NCBI GenBank assembly: GCA_041613315.1
Contig: JBFJHJ010000004.1
Location: 32,001 to 96,000, forward strand
From: Gemmatimonadales bacterium
GTDB lineage: Bacteria > Gemmatimonadota > Gemmatimonadetes > Gemmatimonadales > GWC2-71-9
Length of the DNA stretch: 64,000 bases
Direction of reading: 5' to 3'
How positions within the stretch are numbered: the first letter of the stretch is position 1; each line of letters starts with the position of its first letter. The notes below the pieces were generated by a model. That model worked only from the letters and a program-made list of their open reading frames with translations. It was not told the origin of the DNA and did no database searches. Shown piece after piece: positions 21,862 to 34,699 of this stretch. The translations under genes and the position numbers were made by a program.

Positions 21862-22652
21862 CGCTCTCCCCTCCGAAGCGGCACGAACTGTGGCGTCCCG
21901 CGCCAGCTCCCGACCTCCACCGGCCAGCCGAAGACCTCTTCCAGGACCTCGCGCGTGAGCACGTCGGCGGGCGCTCCGGCCGCGCGCGCCGCTCCCCGGT
22001 CGAGGACGACCAGCCGGTCCACGAAGCGCGCCGCCAGATTCACCTGATGCGTCACGAGCAGGCCGGCCAGCCCCTCCACGCGGACCAGCTCGGCCACCAG
22101 CTCCAGCACCTCCATCTCGTGGCGGACGTCGAGGTTGGTGGTGGGCTCGTCCAGCACGAGGGCCCGGGGCTCCTGGGCGAGGGCCCGGGCGACCCGCACG
22201 CGTTGCCACTCGCCGCCCGACAGCGTCGCGACCCAGCGGTCGCCGAGGTCGAGGGCATCGCATCGCTCCAGCGCGCGCATGACCGCGCGGTCATCGACGT
22301 CTCGCGGGGCGCCCAGCGGTCCCAGGTGCGGATAGCGGCCGAACAGGACCACCTGGCGCGCCCGGAGGGGGAACGCCGGCTCCTCCCGCTGGGCCACCAC
22401 GCCGATCAAGCGCGCCAGATCCCGCTTCGGCCATTGCGCCGCCGCGCGCCCCGCGACCCGGGCGTCGCCCTCGGACGGCACGCGCACGCCGAGCAGCACG
22501 TTGAGGAGCGTCGTCTTGCCGCTTCCGTTCGGACCGACGATCGCCACCAGCTCGCCCGCTTCCACCGTGAGATCCACCCGCCGCACCGCGGGCGCCGCCG
22601 CGCCGGGATAGCGATAAGAGACCCCGCGGGCCTCGAAGATCAGCCCTGCCAT
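21858..22652 (-). CDS. ABC transporter ATP-binding protein (cobalamin/Fe-siderophore type, BtuD-like)
   Basis: GPNGSGKT, LSGGEWQRV and LDEPT motifs. Confidence 0.92.
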   Translation of the reverse strand: MAGLIFEARGVSYRYPGAAAPAVRRVDLTVEAGELVAIVGPNGSGKTTLLNVLLGVRVPSEGDARVAGRAAAQWPKRDLARLIGVVAQREEPAFPLRARQVVLFGRYPHLGPLGAPRDVDDRAVMRALERCDALDLGDRWVATLSGGEWQRVRVARALAQEPRALVLDEPTTNLDVRHEMEVLELVAELVRVEGLAGLLVTHQVNLAARFVDRLVVLDRGAARAAGAPADVLTREVLEEVFGWPVEVGSWRGTPQFVPLRRGER

Positions 22653-23611
22653 CGCCGCACCAAGAGCACGAAGACGGGCACGCCGATCAAGGCCGTCACG
22701 ACGCCGACCGGCAGCTCCACCGGCGCAAACGCCGTGCGTGCCAGGCCGTCCGCCACGACCATGAGCGTCCCTCCGAGCACGAACGCCGCCGGGAGCAGGG
22801 CGTGATGGATGTGCCCCCACACGATCCGCACGGCGTGCGGCACGACGAGCCCGACGAAGCCGATGATGCCCGAGACCGAGACCGCTGCCGCCGTCAAGAG
22901 GGAGGCGCCAAAGTAGAGCACGCGTTTCAACCGCTCCACGTCGGCGCCCAGGAACCGGGCCGGGTCTTCGCCCAGCGACAGGAGATCGAGCGGCCGGCTC
23001 AGCGAATAGAGGGCGCCGAGCGGAAGCACGGCGTACGCGCCGAAGAGCACCACCGCCTGCCACGACGACCCGCTGAAGCTCCCGAGGATCCACAGGAGCG
23101 CGTTGCGGACCTGGGGTGCGGGGGACACGGCCATGATGGCGCCCATGGCGGCGATCGCGAACGCTCCGACCACGACACCGCCCAGCAGCAATACCTTCGT
23201 ATCCAGCACGCTCCCGGTCACGACGGCCAGCCGATAGACGACGGCGATCGCCACGAGCGCGCCCACGGTCGCCGCGATCGGCACCCCCCAGACACCCCCC
23301 AGGCGGAGTGCGATGGCAGCCACCGCGCCTACACCCGCACCGCCGGAGAGTCCCAACAGGTACGGATCCGCCAGCGGATTGCGGACCAGCGCCTGGAGCG
23401 ACGCGCCCGTCACGGCGAGACTCCCGCCCACGCAGAACGCGAGAAGGGCGCGCGGTGCTCGCAGGTCGCGCACGATGGCGACCGTCGTGGGTTCGCCGTC
23501 GCCGAGCACGGCGCGCCAGACGTCCACCAGCGGGAAACGTGCCGGCCCGACCGCCACGGCGGCGACGAGGGCGACGAGCGCGGCCGCAGCCAGCACGAGC
23601 CAGCGGATCAT
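22640..23611 (-). CDS. FecCD/BtuC family ABC permease
   Basis: RNPLADPYLLGLSGGA, GIIGFVGLVVPH and ELPVGVVTALIGVPVF motifs. Confidence 0.92.
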   Translation of the reverse strand: MIRWLVLAAAALVALVAAVAVGPARFPLVDVWRAVLGDGEPTTVAIVRDLRAPRALLAFCVGGSLAVTGASLQALVRNPLADPYLLGLSGGAGVGAVAAIALRLGGVWGVPIAATVGALVAIAVVYRLAVVTGSVLDTKVLLLGGVVVGAFAIAAMGAIMAVSPAPQVRNALLWILGSFSGSSWQAVVLFGAYAVLPLGALYSLSRPLDLLSLGEDPARFLGADVERLKRVLYFGASLLTAAAVSVSGIIGFVGLVVPHAVRIVWGHIHHALLPAAFVLGGTLMVVADGLARTAFAPVELPVGVVTALIGVPVFVLLVRRWQG

Positions 23612-24492
23612 CGACGCCAGCCCTCGAGCACACGGGCGAGCTGCCGCACGGCCGCGGACGCCCGAAACGACGGATGCTCGAACTCGCTGCCCTGCACCAC
23701 CGCAAAGCGCCGCTCGCGGATCGCGCGCACCACCCGCCACTCCGGTCGCGTCGCGAGACTCGCCGTTTCCGTGCCCGCGGCGACCAGCACCACGTCCGGG
23801 TCCCGCGCCGCGATCGTCTCGATGCTGACCGTGGCCGATGGGCGGTCGAGCTCGTCGAACACGTTGTGCCCGCCGGCGAGCGAGACGATCTCGCTCAGGA
23901 AGCTGCCGCCACCGATCACGATGGGAGGGTTATCCCAGGCGAGAAGGAGGACGCGGGGCGCTTGGCCGGCGCGCGCAGTGGCTGGCGCGGCGAGCGCGAC
24001 CTCGAGGCCCTCGATCAAGGAATCCGCCCGCAGCGAATCGCCGAGGACGCGCCCCAGCAGTCGGGTCACCCGAACGAGATCGGCGAGGCGGTCGAGCGCG
24101 AGGGTCACGGTCGCGACGCCGGCGCTCTCGAGGCGCTCGATGGCCGCCGCGTTTGCCGCGGAGCGGTAGAACGCGACCAGGTCGGGGCGCCGGGCCAAAA
24201 TCGCCTCCACGTTGGGAGCGAGCCCGTCTCCCACGCTCGGCACGTCGCGTGCTGCGGGCGGATCCTGGCACCAGCGGGTGCGACCGACGACACGGTGGCC
24301 CGCGCCGAGCGTGAACAGCAGCTCGGTCGTGGCGGGAGAGAGTGAGACGATCCGTGCCGGCGGGGCTGTGAGGCGGATCGGCCGACCAACATCGTCGACG
24401 GCGCCCCCCGAGGTGCGGCCGGTGCTGTCGCCCGGGCCGCACGCCAGCAGCGCGGCGGCGATGAGGCCCGCGGCCTTAGGGGACCAACGCAC
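23608..24492 (-). CDS. Cobalamin-binding periplasmic lipoprotein (BtuF-like)
   Basis: Lipobox LLAC; RIVSLSPATTELLF, PNVEAILARRPDLV and LAGGHNVF motifs. Confidence 0.9.
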   Translation of the reverse strand: MRWSPKAAGLIAAALLACGPGDSTGRTSGGAVDDVGRPIRLTAPPARIVSLSPATTELLFTLGAGHRVVGRTRWCQDPPAARDVPSVGDGLAPNVEAILARRPDLVAFYRSAANAAAIERLESAGVATVTLALDRLADLVRVTRLLGRVLGDSLRADSLIEGLEVALAAPATARAGQAPRVLLLAWDNPPIVIGGGSFLSEIVSLAGGHNVFDELDRPSATVSIETIAARDPDVVLVAAGTETASLATRPEWRVVRAIRERRFAVVQGSEFEHPSFRASAAVRQLARVLEGWRR

Positions 24493-24597
24493 GACCGCTC
24501 ACTCCTTCACCGATGGAAGGCGGCGAGCGGACGCGGACACGATCGGCTGGGTTCGCGCTCCACCGGCCCTCCCACGAGGGGTTCATTGGTGGCGCGA

Positions 24598-24748
24598 ACG
24601 GGAGCGTCTCCTGGCTCCGGGCATCGACTCGCCTTCCCGGTTTCCCAGTGGCGATTGAGCCGATCTGCTTGCCCGTGACAGTGGCGGGGCCGCGCCGGAT
24701 TCACACCGGCTTCCGACTCCGCGTCCGCGGAAACTCGATCAACGGCTT
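24598..24748 (-). ncRNA. Cobalamin (AdoCbl) riboswitch
   Basis: Minus strand: GGAAGCCGGTGTGAATCCGGCGCGGCCCCGCCACTGT…GCCACTGGGAAACCGGGAAGGC…GAGCCAGGAGAC (B12 box), upstream of btuF. Confidence 0.93.
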
Positions 24749-24757
24749 TCGATCTTT

Positions 24758-24786
24758 ATGCTATCCGCGAGACGGCGGGGGCGCAA
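24758..24786 (-). promoter_or_regulatory. Putative sigma70 promoter of the riboswitch/btu operon
   Basis: TTGCGC-N17-TAGCAT immediately 5' of the riboswitch. Confidence 0.55.
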
Positions 24787-24897
24787 CCGCCGGGGAGCGG
24801 TGTGAGACGGAGGCGCGGTGAGCGATGCGCCGTCCGCGGTGAGCCCCAAACCGCCGCCGGAACCCGGCCGGGGGATCACGGCGGCTCAGCGCACCGC

Positions 24898-25980
24898 CTA
24901 CGGCTCACGTTCCTTCAGCACCCGGCTCAGTCGATCTTTCAGCTCCGCGCGGCGCCGCCGGTACTCGTCGGAATCGACGTCCGTGAACGCCGCGTCGAGC
25001 GCCGCGATCTGCGCGGCCAACACCTGCGGATCATCCGCGGCCACGGGCGCGGCCTGGGTGCGGCGCCACCACCACACGAGCGACCCGGCCATCGCCAGCG
25101 CGGCGATCAGCACCGGCACCCACCAGTACGCCGCCGGGGAGAAGGGCGCCTGGCCGAACCGAACGACCACGGCGCCGCCCGCGATCTTCTCCCCCTCGTA
25201 GCGCCGTACCAGCAGACGCTCCAGCTCCTCGACGCCGCTCAGCGTCACCGGCCCCTCCACCGTCGCCGTCGTGTCCTCGAGCATCACGTTCACTCGGCCG
25301 ACCGGTTGGTCGAACGGGATCACCAGCTCGCGCATCGTGCGTGGCATGAGGTAGCTGACGAGCAGTTGCCGTTCGCCGGGGGGGACGGGAGCGGCGACCG
25401 AGACGGTGTCGCCGTGGCGGAACACGGCCCGATCGCTCATGTCGCTCTCGCCCACCTCGAACTGGATCGCCCCGGCGGGTAGCAGGCCCTGCCACACCGG
25501 CCGCGTCGTGTCGGGCGCGACGCGGGTGCGCCGCCCCGCGTTCTCCAGCACCCACAGCTCGATCACACGCCGCGAGCCGTCCGCCTCTCGCTCGCGCACC
25601 ACGAGGTGCCGCTGAGACAAACGAATTGGGGGCGCGACCGAGGACGTGTCGTAGACCGCGAGCACGCCGGCCGTGTCGCTCCGAACCGACGGGAAGCGGA
25701 GCGGCTCGGTGAAGTTGGCGATCCCGGCGTACGACACACTGACAAGGTACCGGGCGAGGGTATCGCGGGCGGCGGCCCGCAGGGCGTAGCGGCCCGCCGC
25801 GTCGGTGCGGGCCGAATCCACCGGCCCGCCCCCGGCGGGGGTGACCTCGTGCAGCACCGCCCACTGCCCGGGGAGGGGGACGGAGTCGCGCTCGGTGACG
25901 CGCACGACCCGGCCGGTCACGCGAAAGCCCTGAGCCTCGGTTGCGGGGGCGAGGCTCAGGGCTGCGAGTGCCGCGAGCAC
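24898..25980 (-). CDS. Hypothetical exported protein with carboxypeptidase-regulatory-like N-domain and C-terminal TM plus short helix
   Basis: Signal-like N-terminus; VTGRVVR…ARTDAAGRY; TM WWVPVLIAALAMAGSLVWWW; LAAQIAALD…EYRRRRAELK tail. Start uncertain. Confidence 0.7.
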   Translation of the reverse strand: MLAALAALSLAPATEAQGFRVTGRVVRVTERDSVPLPGQWAVLHEVTPAGGGPVDSARTDAAGRYALRAAARDTLARYLVSVSYAGIANFTEPLRFPSVRSDTAGVLAVYDTSSVAPPIRLSQRHLVVREREADGSRRVIELWVLENAGRRTRVAPDTTRPVWQGLLPAGAIQFEVGESDMSDRAVFRHGDTVSVAAPVPPGERQLLVSYLMPRTMRELVIPFDQPVGRVNVMLEDTTATVEGPVTLSGVEELERLLVRRYEGEKIAGGAVVVRFGQAPFSPAAYWWVPVLIAALAMAGSLVWWWRRTQAAPVAADDPQVLAAQIAALDAAFTDVDSDEYRRRRAELKDRLSRVLKEREP

Positions 25981-25984
25981 GGCG

Positions 25985-26482
25985 CTACGGCGTGAACTTA
26001 CCGAAATCTTCCGGGTCCAGATTCTCGAGATACGTCTTGAGCGACTCCGGATCCACGCCCTCGGGCGGCGGCGACATGGGTTCGACCGTGTCAATCGAGG
26101 TCAGCTCGAGCAGCTCTTCCTCGGTGAAGATCGGCGCCTGCAGGCGCAGCGCGACCGCGATCGAGTCCGAGGGGCGCGCGTCGATCTGGATCACGTGGTC
26201 GTCGCGGTGGAGGTGCAACTCGGCATAGTACGTGTTCTCCTTGACCTGCGTGATCAATACGCGCTGTAAGGCGGCGCCCAGCCCGATCACGATCTGCTTC
26301 ACCAGATCGTGGGTGAGCGGCCGCGAGAACTTGACGCCGGCCAGCTCCATCGCGATGGCGCTCGCTTCGGCCGGGCCGATCCAGATCGGCAGCACCCGCT
26401 CGCCGTCCTTCTCCTGCAAGATGACGACGGGCGTATTCGTGGCCCGGTCGAGGCCTAGGTGCGCCACCTTGACTTCGATCAT
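25985..26482 (-). CDS. Bifunctional nuclease family protein (DUF151)
   Basis: LPIWIGPAEASAI, RPLTHDL and IDARPSDSIAVALR motifs. Confidence 0.92.
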   Translation of the reverse strand: MIEVKVAHLGLDRATNTPVVILQEKDGERVLPIWIGPAEASAIAMELAGVKFSRPLTHDLVKQIVIGLGAALQRVLITQVKENTYYAELHLHRDDHVIQIDARPSDSIAVALRLQAPIFTEEELLELTSIDTVEPMSPPPEGVDPESLKTYLENLDPEDFGKFTP

Positions 26483-26486
26483 CTGG

Positions 26487-29070
<2,584 letters not shown>

Positions 29071-29093
29071 CGAACTCCCTGGAAGTGAGCGCG

Positions 29094-30905
29094 TTACGCG
29101 TGTCGGTTCAAGGTAGCTTCGGGAGCATCGGCGGGCAACCGGCCGACGTCCACTAAGTCGAGGTCTACGTACCGGGCGAGTCCCACTGCGAGCGCGCGCG
29201 TGGCCTCCGCGGTGCTCGACACGGCGAGCGCGTCATGGGCGGCCTGCTGTGCACCGTCCTGCGCGATCTGCCGCACGAGCCAGCGCATGAGCGGCAGGGC
29301 CGGCGGGGCGACGCTCAGGACCCGGTACCCCAAGCCGATCAGCAAGAACGCCGCAACCGGCTCCGACGCCATCTCGCCGCATACGCTGGTGACCACGTCC
29401 GCCCGCCGGCCCACGTCCACGATCTGCTTCAGCAGCCGCAGCACCGCCGGATGGAACGATGTAAACCGCCCGGCGAGCCGCGCGTTGCCGCGGTCCACCG
29501 CGAGCGTGTACTGCGTGAGGTCGTTGGTGCCGACGCTCAAGAAGTCGCTCCGGGCCGCCAGCTCCTCCGCGATCATCGCGGCCGCCGGCGTTTCGATCAT
29601 CACGCCGATCGGCACGTCCGGCGCGGCGGGGATCCCCGCGCGGCGGAGCGCGGCCGCCTCTTCCGCCACGAGCTCCCGCGTGCGTTCGACCTCCTCGACG
29701 CCGGTGACGAGCGGCAGCATGAGCTGGATGTCCCCGTGGCGGCGCGCCCGGAGCAGCGCGCGGATCTGCGTGCGAAAGATCTCCGGCCGATCGAGACAGA
29801 CGCGGATGGCCCGCCAGCCGAGGAACGGGTTCGGCTCGGGGACCGGGCGAAACGCCGCCGGGAACTTGTCACCCCCCAGGTCGTAGCTGCGCACCACCAC
29901 GGGGTGATGGGCGAAGCGCTGGGCGACCCGGGTGAAGAAGCGCGCCTGCTCCTCCTCGCCCGGCATCTCGGTCCGGCCGAGGATGAGGAACTCGGTCCGC
30001 AGGAGTCCGATGCCTTCGGCGCCGTGCTCCACCACCCCGTCCAGCTCATCCGGCAAGTCGAGGTTGCCGCGCAGCGCTACGGTCGTCCCATCGGTCGTCT
30101 TCGCCGGCTGGCCGACGGTCGCCTCCAACTCCCGCACCAGCGCCTGGCGGCGTTGCTCCCGTTCGGCGGCCTCCGCGAGCTCGGCGGGCGTGGGGTCGAT
30201 CAGCACCGTGCCGCGGCCGCCGTCGAGAATCACCTCGGCCCCGTTCCGGATCCGGTCCAGGCCGCCGACGAGGCCCATGACGCACGGGATGCCTAGACTG
30301 CGGGCGAGGATCGCGGCGTGTGAGATTCGCGTGCCCTCCTCGCTGGCAAAGGCCGCGACGTGTTCCATCTCGAGCTGCACCGTGACGCCGGGAGACAGCT
30401 CGCGCGTGAACACGATCGGCCGGCGCCGCGCCTCGTGATGGAGGAGCGATTCCACCGCCCGGCCGACGAGCTGATTGAGCACACGGACTTGCAGCCCCAC
30501 GAGGTCCACGACCCGCTGCCGCAGCCGAGGGCTGGTCGACTGCGACCAGAGCGCCCGCATCTCAAGCGTCTTGAACTCGAACGCGCGTTCCGCGGTGAGC
30601 TGGTTCTCGCGAATGAGCGTCTCGACCTCCCGCAGGAAGTCCGGATCTTCGACCATCAGGATCTGGGCGTCGAAGATCTTGGCTTCCTCGGGACCGGCGC
30701 GTTCCGCGGTGCGGTGGCGAAGCTTCTCGAGGAGCGTTTGGACCGTCGCGACGGCCGCGTGCAGCCGTCGGATCTCCGCCTCGACTTCGGACGCGGCGAC
30801 GGCACCACGCGTCACCTCGGGCAGGTCCCAGCGGATGACCACGGCCTGCCCGATGGCGATGCCGGGCGACACACCGACACCCCGAAGCAGCCGATCGCCG
30901 CTCAC
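29094..30905 (-). CDS. ptsI: PTS enzyme I (PEP-protein phosphotransferase)
   Basis: SHAAILARS phospho-His site; [34 protein letters not shown] and CGEMA motifs. Confidence 0.95.
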   Translation of the reverse strand: MSGDRLLRGVGVSPGIAIGQAVVIRWDLPEVTRGAVAASEVEAEIRRLHAAVATVQTLLEKLRHRTAERAGPEEAKIFDAQILMVEDPDFLREVETLIRENQLTAERAFEFKTLEMRALWSQSTSPRLRQRVVDLVGLQVRVLNQLVGRAVESLLHHEARRRPIVFTRELSPGVTVQLEMEHVAAFASEEGTRISHAAILARSLGIPCVMGLVGGLDRIRNGAEVILDGGRGTVLIDPTPAELAEAAEREQRRQALVRELEATVGQPAKTTDGTTVALRGNLDLPDELDGVVEHGAEGIGLLRTEFLILGRTEMPGEEEQARFFTRVAQRFAHHPVVVRSYDLGGDKFPAAFRPVPEPNPFLGWRAIRVCLDRPEIFRTQIRALLRARRHGDIQLMLPLVTGVEEVERTRELVAEEAAALRRAGIPAAPDVPIGVMIETPAAAMIAEELAARSDFLSVGTNDLTQYTLAVDRGNARLAGRFTSFHPAVLRLLKQIVDVGRRADVVTSVCGEMASEPVAAFLLIGLGYRVLSVAPPALPLMRWLVRQIAQDGAQQAAHDALAVSSTAEATRALAVGLARYVDLDLVDVGRLPADAPEATLNRHA

Positions 30906-31180
30906 GCGTCTGCCTCCTTGCGTTTCTTGATCAGACACTCCAGCAGCGCCGCGACGGCCTCCTCCGCGTCGTCCCCGTCGGCCCGGATCGTGAGCGTGCT
31001 GCCGTGCTCCGCGGCGAGTGTGACCACGCCCATGATGCTCTTCGCGTTCACCCACTGCCCGTCTTTCCCGACCGTGATCTCGGAGCTGAACCGCCCCGCG
31101 ACCTTCACGAACTCGGCCGCCGGCCGCAGATGCATGCCCAGCTTGTTGGCCACCGTGACCGACTGTTCGACTACGGCCAT
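30902..31180 (-). CDS. ptsH: Phosphocarrier protein HPr
   Basis: GMHLRPAA (His15) and NAKSIMGV (Ser46) motifs. Confidence 0.93.
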   Translation of the reverse strand: MAVVEQSVTVANKLGMHLRPAAEFVKVAGRFSSEITVGKDGQWVNAKSIMGVVTLAAEHGSTLTIRADGDDAEEAVAALLECLIKKRKEADA

Positions 31181-31911
31181 ACCCACCCCAGGAGCAGGGC
31201 CGCGAACGCCGCGGCCAGGCCGAAACGCAGTCCGCCCAGAATCGGCGCGACCCACCGGAGCAGCACGATCCCGAGCGCCGCCACCACCCCGACACCCAAC
31301 CGCGGCCCCATCCCGAGGTCCGCGACAATCCAGTCCGTCGCGACCGGGAGCGCCACGCCCACGGCGATGCCGGCCACCGGGCCCGCCACGCGGAGGCCCG
31401 CCCGCAGTCCCGCAGCCGTGAGCGCCCGCGCCACGCCGGTGCCCTGGCGCCAGCCCGCGGCAAGTCCCCAGGTTCGGAGCGTCAGGTGCACGAGATTGTA
31501 CGCGACGAAGAACGTGACCGCCCCGACCACGGGCGACGCCATGCCGGCGACGACGAGCCCGACCGCCACCAGCGCCGGCAGCGCACCGGCCCAGATGAGA
31601 CGATCGCCCAGCGAGCCGAGCGGCCCGATGAGCGCCCCGCGGAGCCGCCGCACCTGGTCCTCCGTGACCCCGTCGTGCTCGGCCCGGGCGAGCGCTCCGA
31701 CCGCGAGGCCCACGAGGTACGGGTGGGCGTTGAAGTACCCGGCCGCGCGTGCGAGCGCCGCGCGAAACCGTTCGCCGCGCGGGCCGCCGGGCAGTCGCCG
31801 CAGCCGCGGCTCGCTGGCGCGGGCCGCCCCCACGCCAAGCATGCGCTCGTAGTTCCATGCGGCCTGGACGGTGAACAGCCGCAGCCACGACCGGAGGACC
31901 GCGGCGTTCAC
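31171..31911 (-). CDS. PTS mannose/fructose/sorbose family EIID
   Basis: QAAWNYERM, YFNAHPY and GPLGSLGDRLIW motifs. Confidence 0.9.
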   Translation of the reverse strand: MNAAVLRSWLRLFTVQAAWNYERMLGVGAARASEPRLRRLPGGPRGERFRAALARAAGYFNAHPYLVGLAVGALARAEHDGVTEDQVRRLRGALIGPLGSLGDRLIWAGALPALVAVGLVVAGMASPVVGAVTFFVAYNLVHLTLRTWGLAAGWRQGTGVARALTAAGLRAGLRVAGPVAGIAVGVALPVATDWIVADLGMGPRLGVGVVAALGIVLLRWVAPILGGLRFGLAAAFAALLLGWVWP

Positions 31912-32576
31912 CGGAGCACCACCACAGCCACGCCCCCCACCAGGCCGAGGACGACCCACCCGAGCTTGAGGCCCCGCCCGGTCAACTGCACCGCGCCCGT
32001 CGCGCCGACGCCGGCGCCCGCGCCGACGAGCACGACCGTGAGGAGCACCGCTCCACCCACACTCACCGGGGGCCACCGGGATGCCGCACCTGCGATCGCG
32101 AGGCCGGCGACCGCGACCACCGCCGCGCGCACCGCGTCGCGCACGAGACCGCGACAATGGAGCGCCGCGATCGTGCGCCCGTCGCCTCGGTCCAACTCGT
32201 CCTGATGCCGTCGCACGTCGCGCGTGTTCGCGCGCCGAACGCTCTGGATCCCGACCTCAGCGAGGTACGCGACCGCGAGCCCGACCAGGATGGCGAGCCC
32301 CAACCCCAGGGCGCGGGGCGCGCCCGCCGCCGTGACCGCGGCGGCGACGGCGCCCTGGCCATAGTCCGGGATCCGGGCGCCTCCGACCGGAAGCACCTCC
32401 AGCGCGAACAGCTCCAACGCGGCCCCGACCAACCCTCCGGCCAGAGGGTCGCCCACGATCAGGCCGGCAACGGTGCCCGCGACGATCGGCCGGGCGATCA
32501 TGACCTGGGCGACGCTCACCAGGTCGAGCCCAACCAGCGTGCTCCAGGCCACGAGCCAGACCATTTCGAGGGTCAC
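31908..32576 (-). CDS. PTS mannose family EIIC
   Basis: QVMIARPIVAG and [13 protein letters not shown] motifs; hydrophobic. Confidence 0.88.
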   Translation of the reverse strand: MTLEMVWLVAWSTLVGLDLVSVAQVMIARPIVAGTVAGLIVGDPLAGGLVGAALELFALEVLPVGGARIPDYGQGAVAAAVTAAGAPRALGLGLAILVGLAVAYLAEVGIQSVRRANTRDVRRHQDELDRGDGRTIAALHCRGLVRDAVRAAVVAVAGLAIAGAASRWPPVSVGGAVLLTVVLVGAGAGVGATGAVQLTGRGLKLGWVVLGLVGGVAVVVLR

Positions 32577-33046
32577 AGCAGCTCCTTCAACGGTACCGGG
32601 CGGGCGTTGGGGACGTCCTGCGCCGTCACGCGCACGCCGCCCTCGCTCAACCGTCGCAGCGTGCGGGCCTCGTCGTCCGACAGGTAGACGTACGCCAGCC
32701 GCTCGGTGCGCCCCTGGCCGTTATGGACGCCGCCCAGGTTGACCGCACGGAGGTCCGGCGCGCCCTCGCACAGCCGCGCCGCCGTCCGCACGCTCCCCAT
32801 GAGCAGCAGGACGCGCTCGCGGCCCGTCGCCCATTCGGCGAAGCGCCGCACCGCCTCATCCTCGCTGACGATGGAGACCGCGAGGCCGGGCGGGACCCCC
32901 AAGATGCAGAGCTCGCGTTCCATGGTGTTCGACGCCACGGCGTCGTCCACCAGCACGATGCGATCCGCCCTGAGGGACTGCACCCATCCGACGACGACCT
33001 GGCCGTGAATGAGGCGGTCGTCCACCCGCGTGAGCACGATGCTCAC
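32573..33046 (-). CDS. PTS mannose family EIIB
   Basis: RVDDRLIHGQVVVGW and VNLGG motifs. Confidence 0.92.
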   Translation of the reverse strand: MSIVLTRVDDRLIHGQVVVGWVQSLRADRIVLVDDAVASNTMERELCILGVPPGLAVSIVSEDEAVRRFAEWATGRERVLLLMGSVRTAARLCEGAPDLRAVNLGGVHNGQGRTERLAYVYLSDDEARTLRRLSEGGVRVTAQDVPNARPVPLKELL

Positions 33047-33423
33047 GGCTCGATCATCCGGATCGCCTGGCCACCGGCCTGGGCCGCGCGCTCCGCCGCC
33101 TCAGCGGCTGGCAGGTCGCGGTGAAAGACGAAGTCCAGCAGCATCGGCAGGTTGACGCCCGAGACGACGACGAGGCCGGAGCGCGAGCGCAGCTCGGTGA
33201 CGGCTGCCTGCAGGCAGCTGCCGGCGTGCATGTCCACGAACAGCACCGCGGGGCCGGTGCCGACCGCCGCCGCCAGCCGCGCGAGCAACGTCTCGCGGCT
33301 GGCGCCGGCGTTGCTCACGGCCACGAGCCCCGCGACGTCGCCGGTGATCGCCTGGACCGCGTCCACCAGGGCCTGGCACAGCCCCCCGTGGGAGACCACG
33401 ACGCCCCGGAGCCCTTCACTCAT
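33043..33423 (-). CDS. PTS mannose family EIIA
   Basis: VVVSHG, LFVDMHAGSC and GVNLPMLL motifs. Confidence 0.9.
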   Translation of the reverse strand: MSEGLRGVVVSHGGLCQALVDAVQAITGDVAGLVAVSNAGASRETLLARLAAAVGTGPAVLFVDMHAGSCLQAAVTELRSRSGLVVVSGVNLPMLLDFVFHRDLPAAEAAERAAQAGGQAIRMIEP

Positions 33424-34384
33424 AGTCCTGCGAGAGGTACTCCCGGAGCTCGGCCTGCTGCGCCATCCGCTGGAGGAGCCGCTCGTTGAACGCGCGCGCC
33501 GCGTCGACGCCGCTGTAGCGGAGGAGGTGGTTCATCGCCACCACCTCACAGATCACGGTGAGATTCTTGCCGGGGTTGAGCGGGATGGCGACGAGCGGCA
33601 ACGGGACGTTCAGGATCGTCGTCGTCTTGGCGTCCAGCCCCGTCCGGTCGTACTCCCGCCCGCTGTCCCAGTCGGTCAGCTCCACGACCACTTCGATGCG
33701 CTTTTGCTGACGCACCGCCCGCACGCCGAACAGCGCCATCACGTCCACCAGACCCACGCCGCGTATCTCCATGTAGCGATGGGCGAGCTCGTGCGCGCGG
33801 CCCAGCAACACATCGGTGCCGCGGTGCGTGATGTGCACCACGTCGTCGGCGACCAGCCGATGCCCCCGCTCCACGAGGTCCAGGACGCACTCGCTCTTGC
33901 CGATCCCGGAGCGCCCGATGAACAGGAGGCCCACGCCGTACACGTCGGCGAGCGACCCGTGCACCTGCGTGTTCGGCGAGAACACCTCGGTCAGGTAGGG
34001 ATTGAGGCGCCGGTAGAACTCGGCGGTCTTGAGCTCCGAGCGGATGATCGGCACGCCGCGCGCTTTGGCGCACTTGAGCAACTCCCGCGGCACCGACTGG
34101 CCCTTGGTGACGAACACGCAGGGCATCTCGTAGCTCATGAACGTTTCGAGCGAGCGGCGCCGCTCGTCGCCGCTCAGCGACTTGAGGTACGAGATCTCGG
34201 TCTCGCCCAGGGCGTGCATGCGCTGCGTGGAGAACCGCGCCGTATAGCCGGCCAGCACCAGTCCGGGGCTGGAGACCTCGGGCACGCTGATCATCCGGTC
34301 GAGGCCATCCTCGCCGGCCAGGACTTCCAGCTGGAGCGACTCGCCCTTGCGTTCCAGCAGATCGCGGACGGTGAGACCGCTCAT
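33416..34384 (-). CDS. hprK: HPr(Ser) kinase/phosphorylase
   Basis: GRSGIGKSE, GHRLVADDVV and MEIRGVGLVDV motifs. Confidence 0.96.
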   Translation of the reverse strand: MSGLTVRDLLERKGESLQLEVLAGEDGLDRMISVPEVSSPGLVLAGYTARFSTQRMHALGETEISYLKSLSGDERRRSLETFMSYEMPCVFVTKGQSVPRELLKCAKARGVPIIRSELKTAEFYRRLNPYLTEVFSPNTQVHGSLADVYGVGLLFIGRSGIGKSECVLDLVERGHRLVADDVVHITHRGTDVLLGRAHELAHRYMEIRGVGLVDVMALFGVRAVRQQKRIEVVVELTDWDSGREYDRTGLDAKTTTILNVPLPLVAIPLNPGKNLTVICEVVAMNHLLRYSGVDAARAFNERLLQRMAQQAELREYLSQDYE

Positions 34385-34391
34385 GGTGGCG

Positions 34392-34694
34392 CTACTCCGA
34401 TACCGACCGGCGGGCCGCCGGCCCCGGGGCCTTGTCGAGCTGATTGCGCAGCTTGGCCGCCGCGCTATCGAGCGCCGAACGGAAATCATCGGCCTCGGCA
34501 CTCGCGATCTTCACCTCACGCCGCGGCAGATAGAGCTGCAGCTCGACCACCTTCCGCCCATGGTCCGCGTCGAACACGACCTCGGCGCGCTGCGGCCGAT
34601 GTGCCGCCTTCGCGACCTTCTCCACGACCTCCAGCGCCCGAGCCTTGAGCTCGTCGGAGATCTCGCAGTGCCGTGCCGTCACCAGCATCCGCAT
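34392..34694 (-). CDS. hpf: Ribosome hibernation factor (short HPF/RaiA family)
   Basis: VTARHCEISDELK and DFRSALDSAAAKLRNQL motifs; located next to hprK. Confidence 0.8.
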   Translation of the reverse strand: MRMLVTARHCEISDELKARALEVVEKVAKAAHRPQRAEVVFDADHGRKVVELQLYLPRREVKIASAEADDFRSALDSAAAKLRNQLDKAPGPAARRSVSE

Positions 34695-34699
34695 GAGTT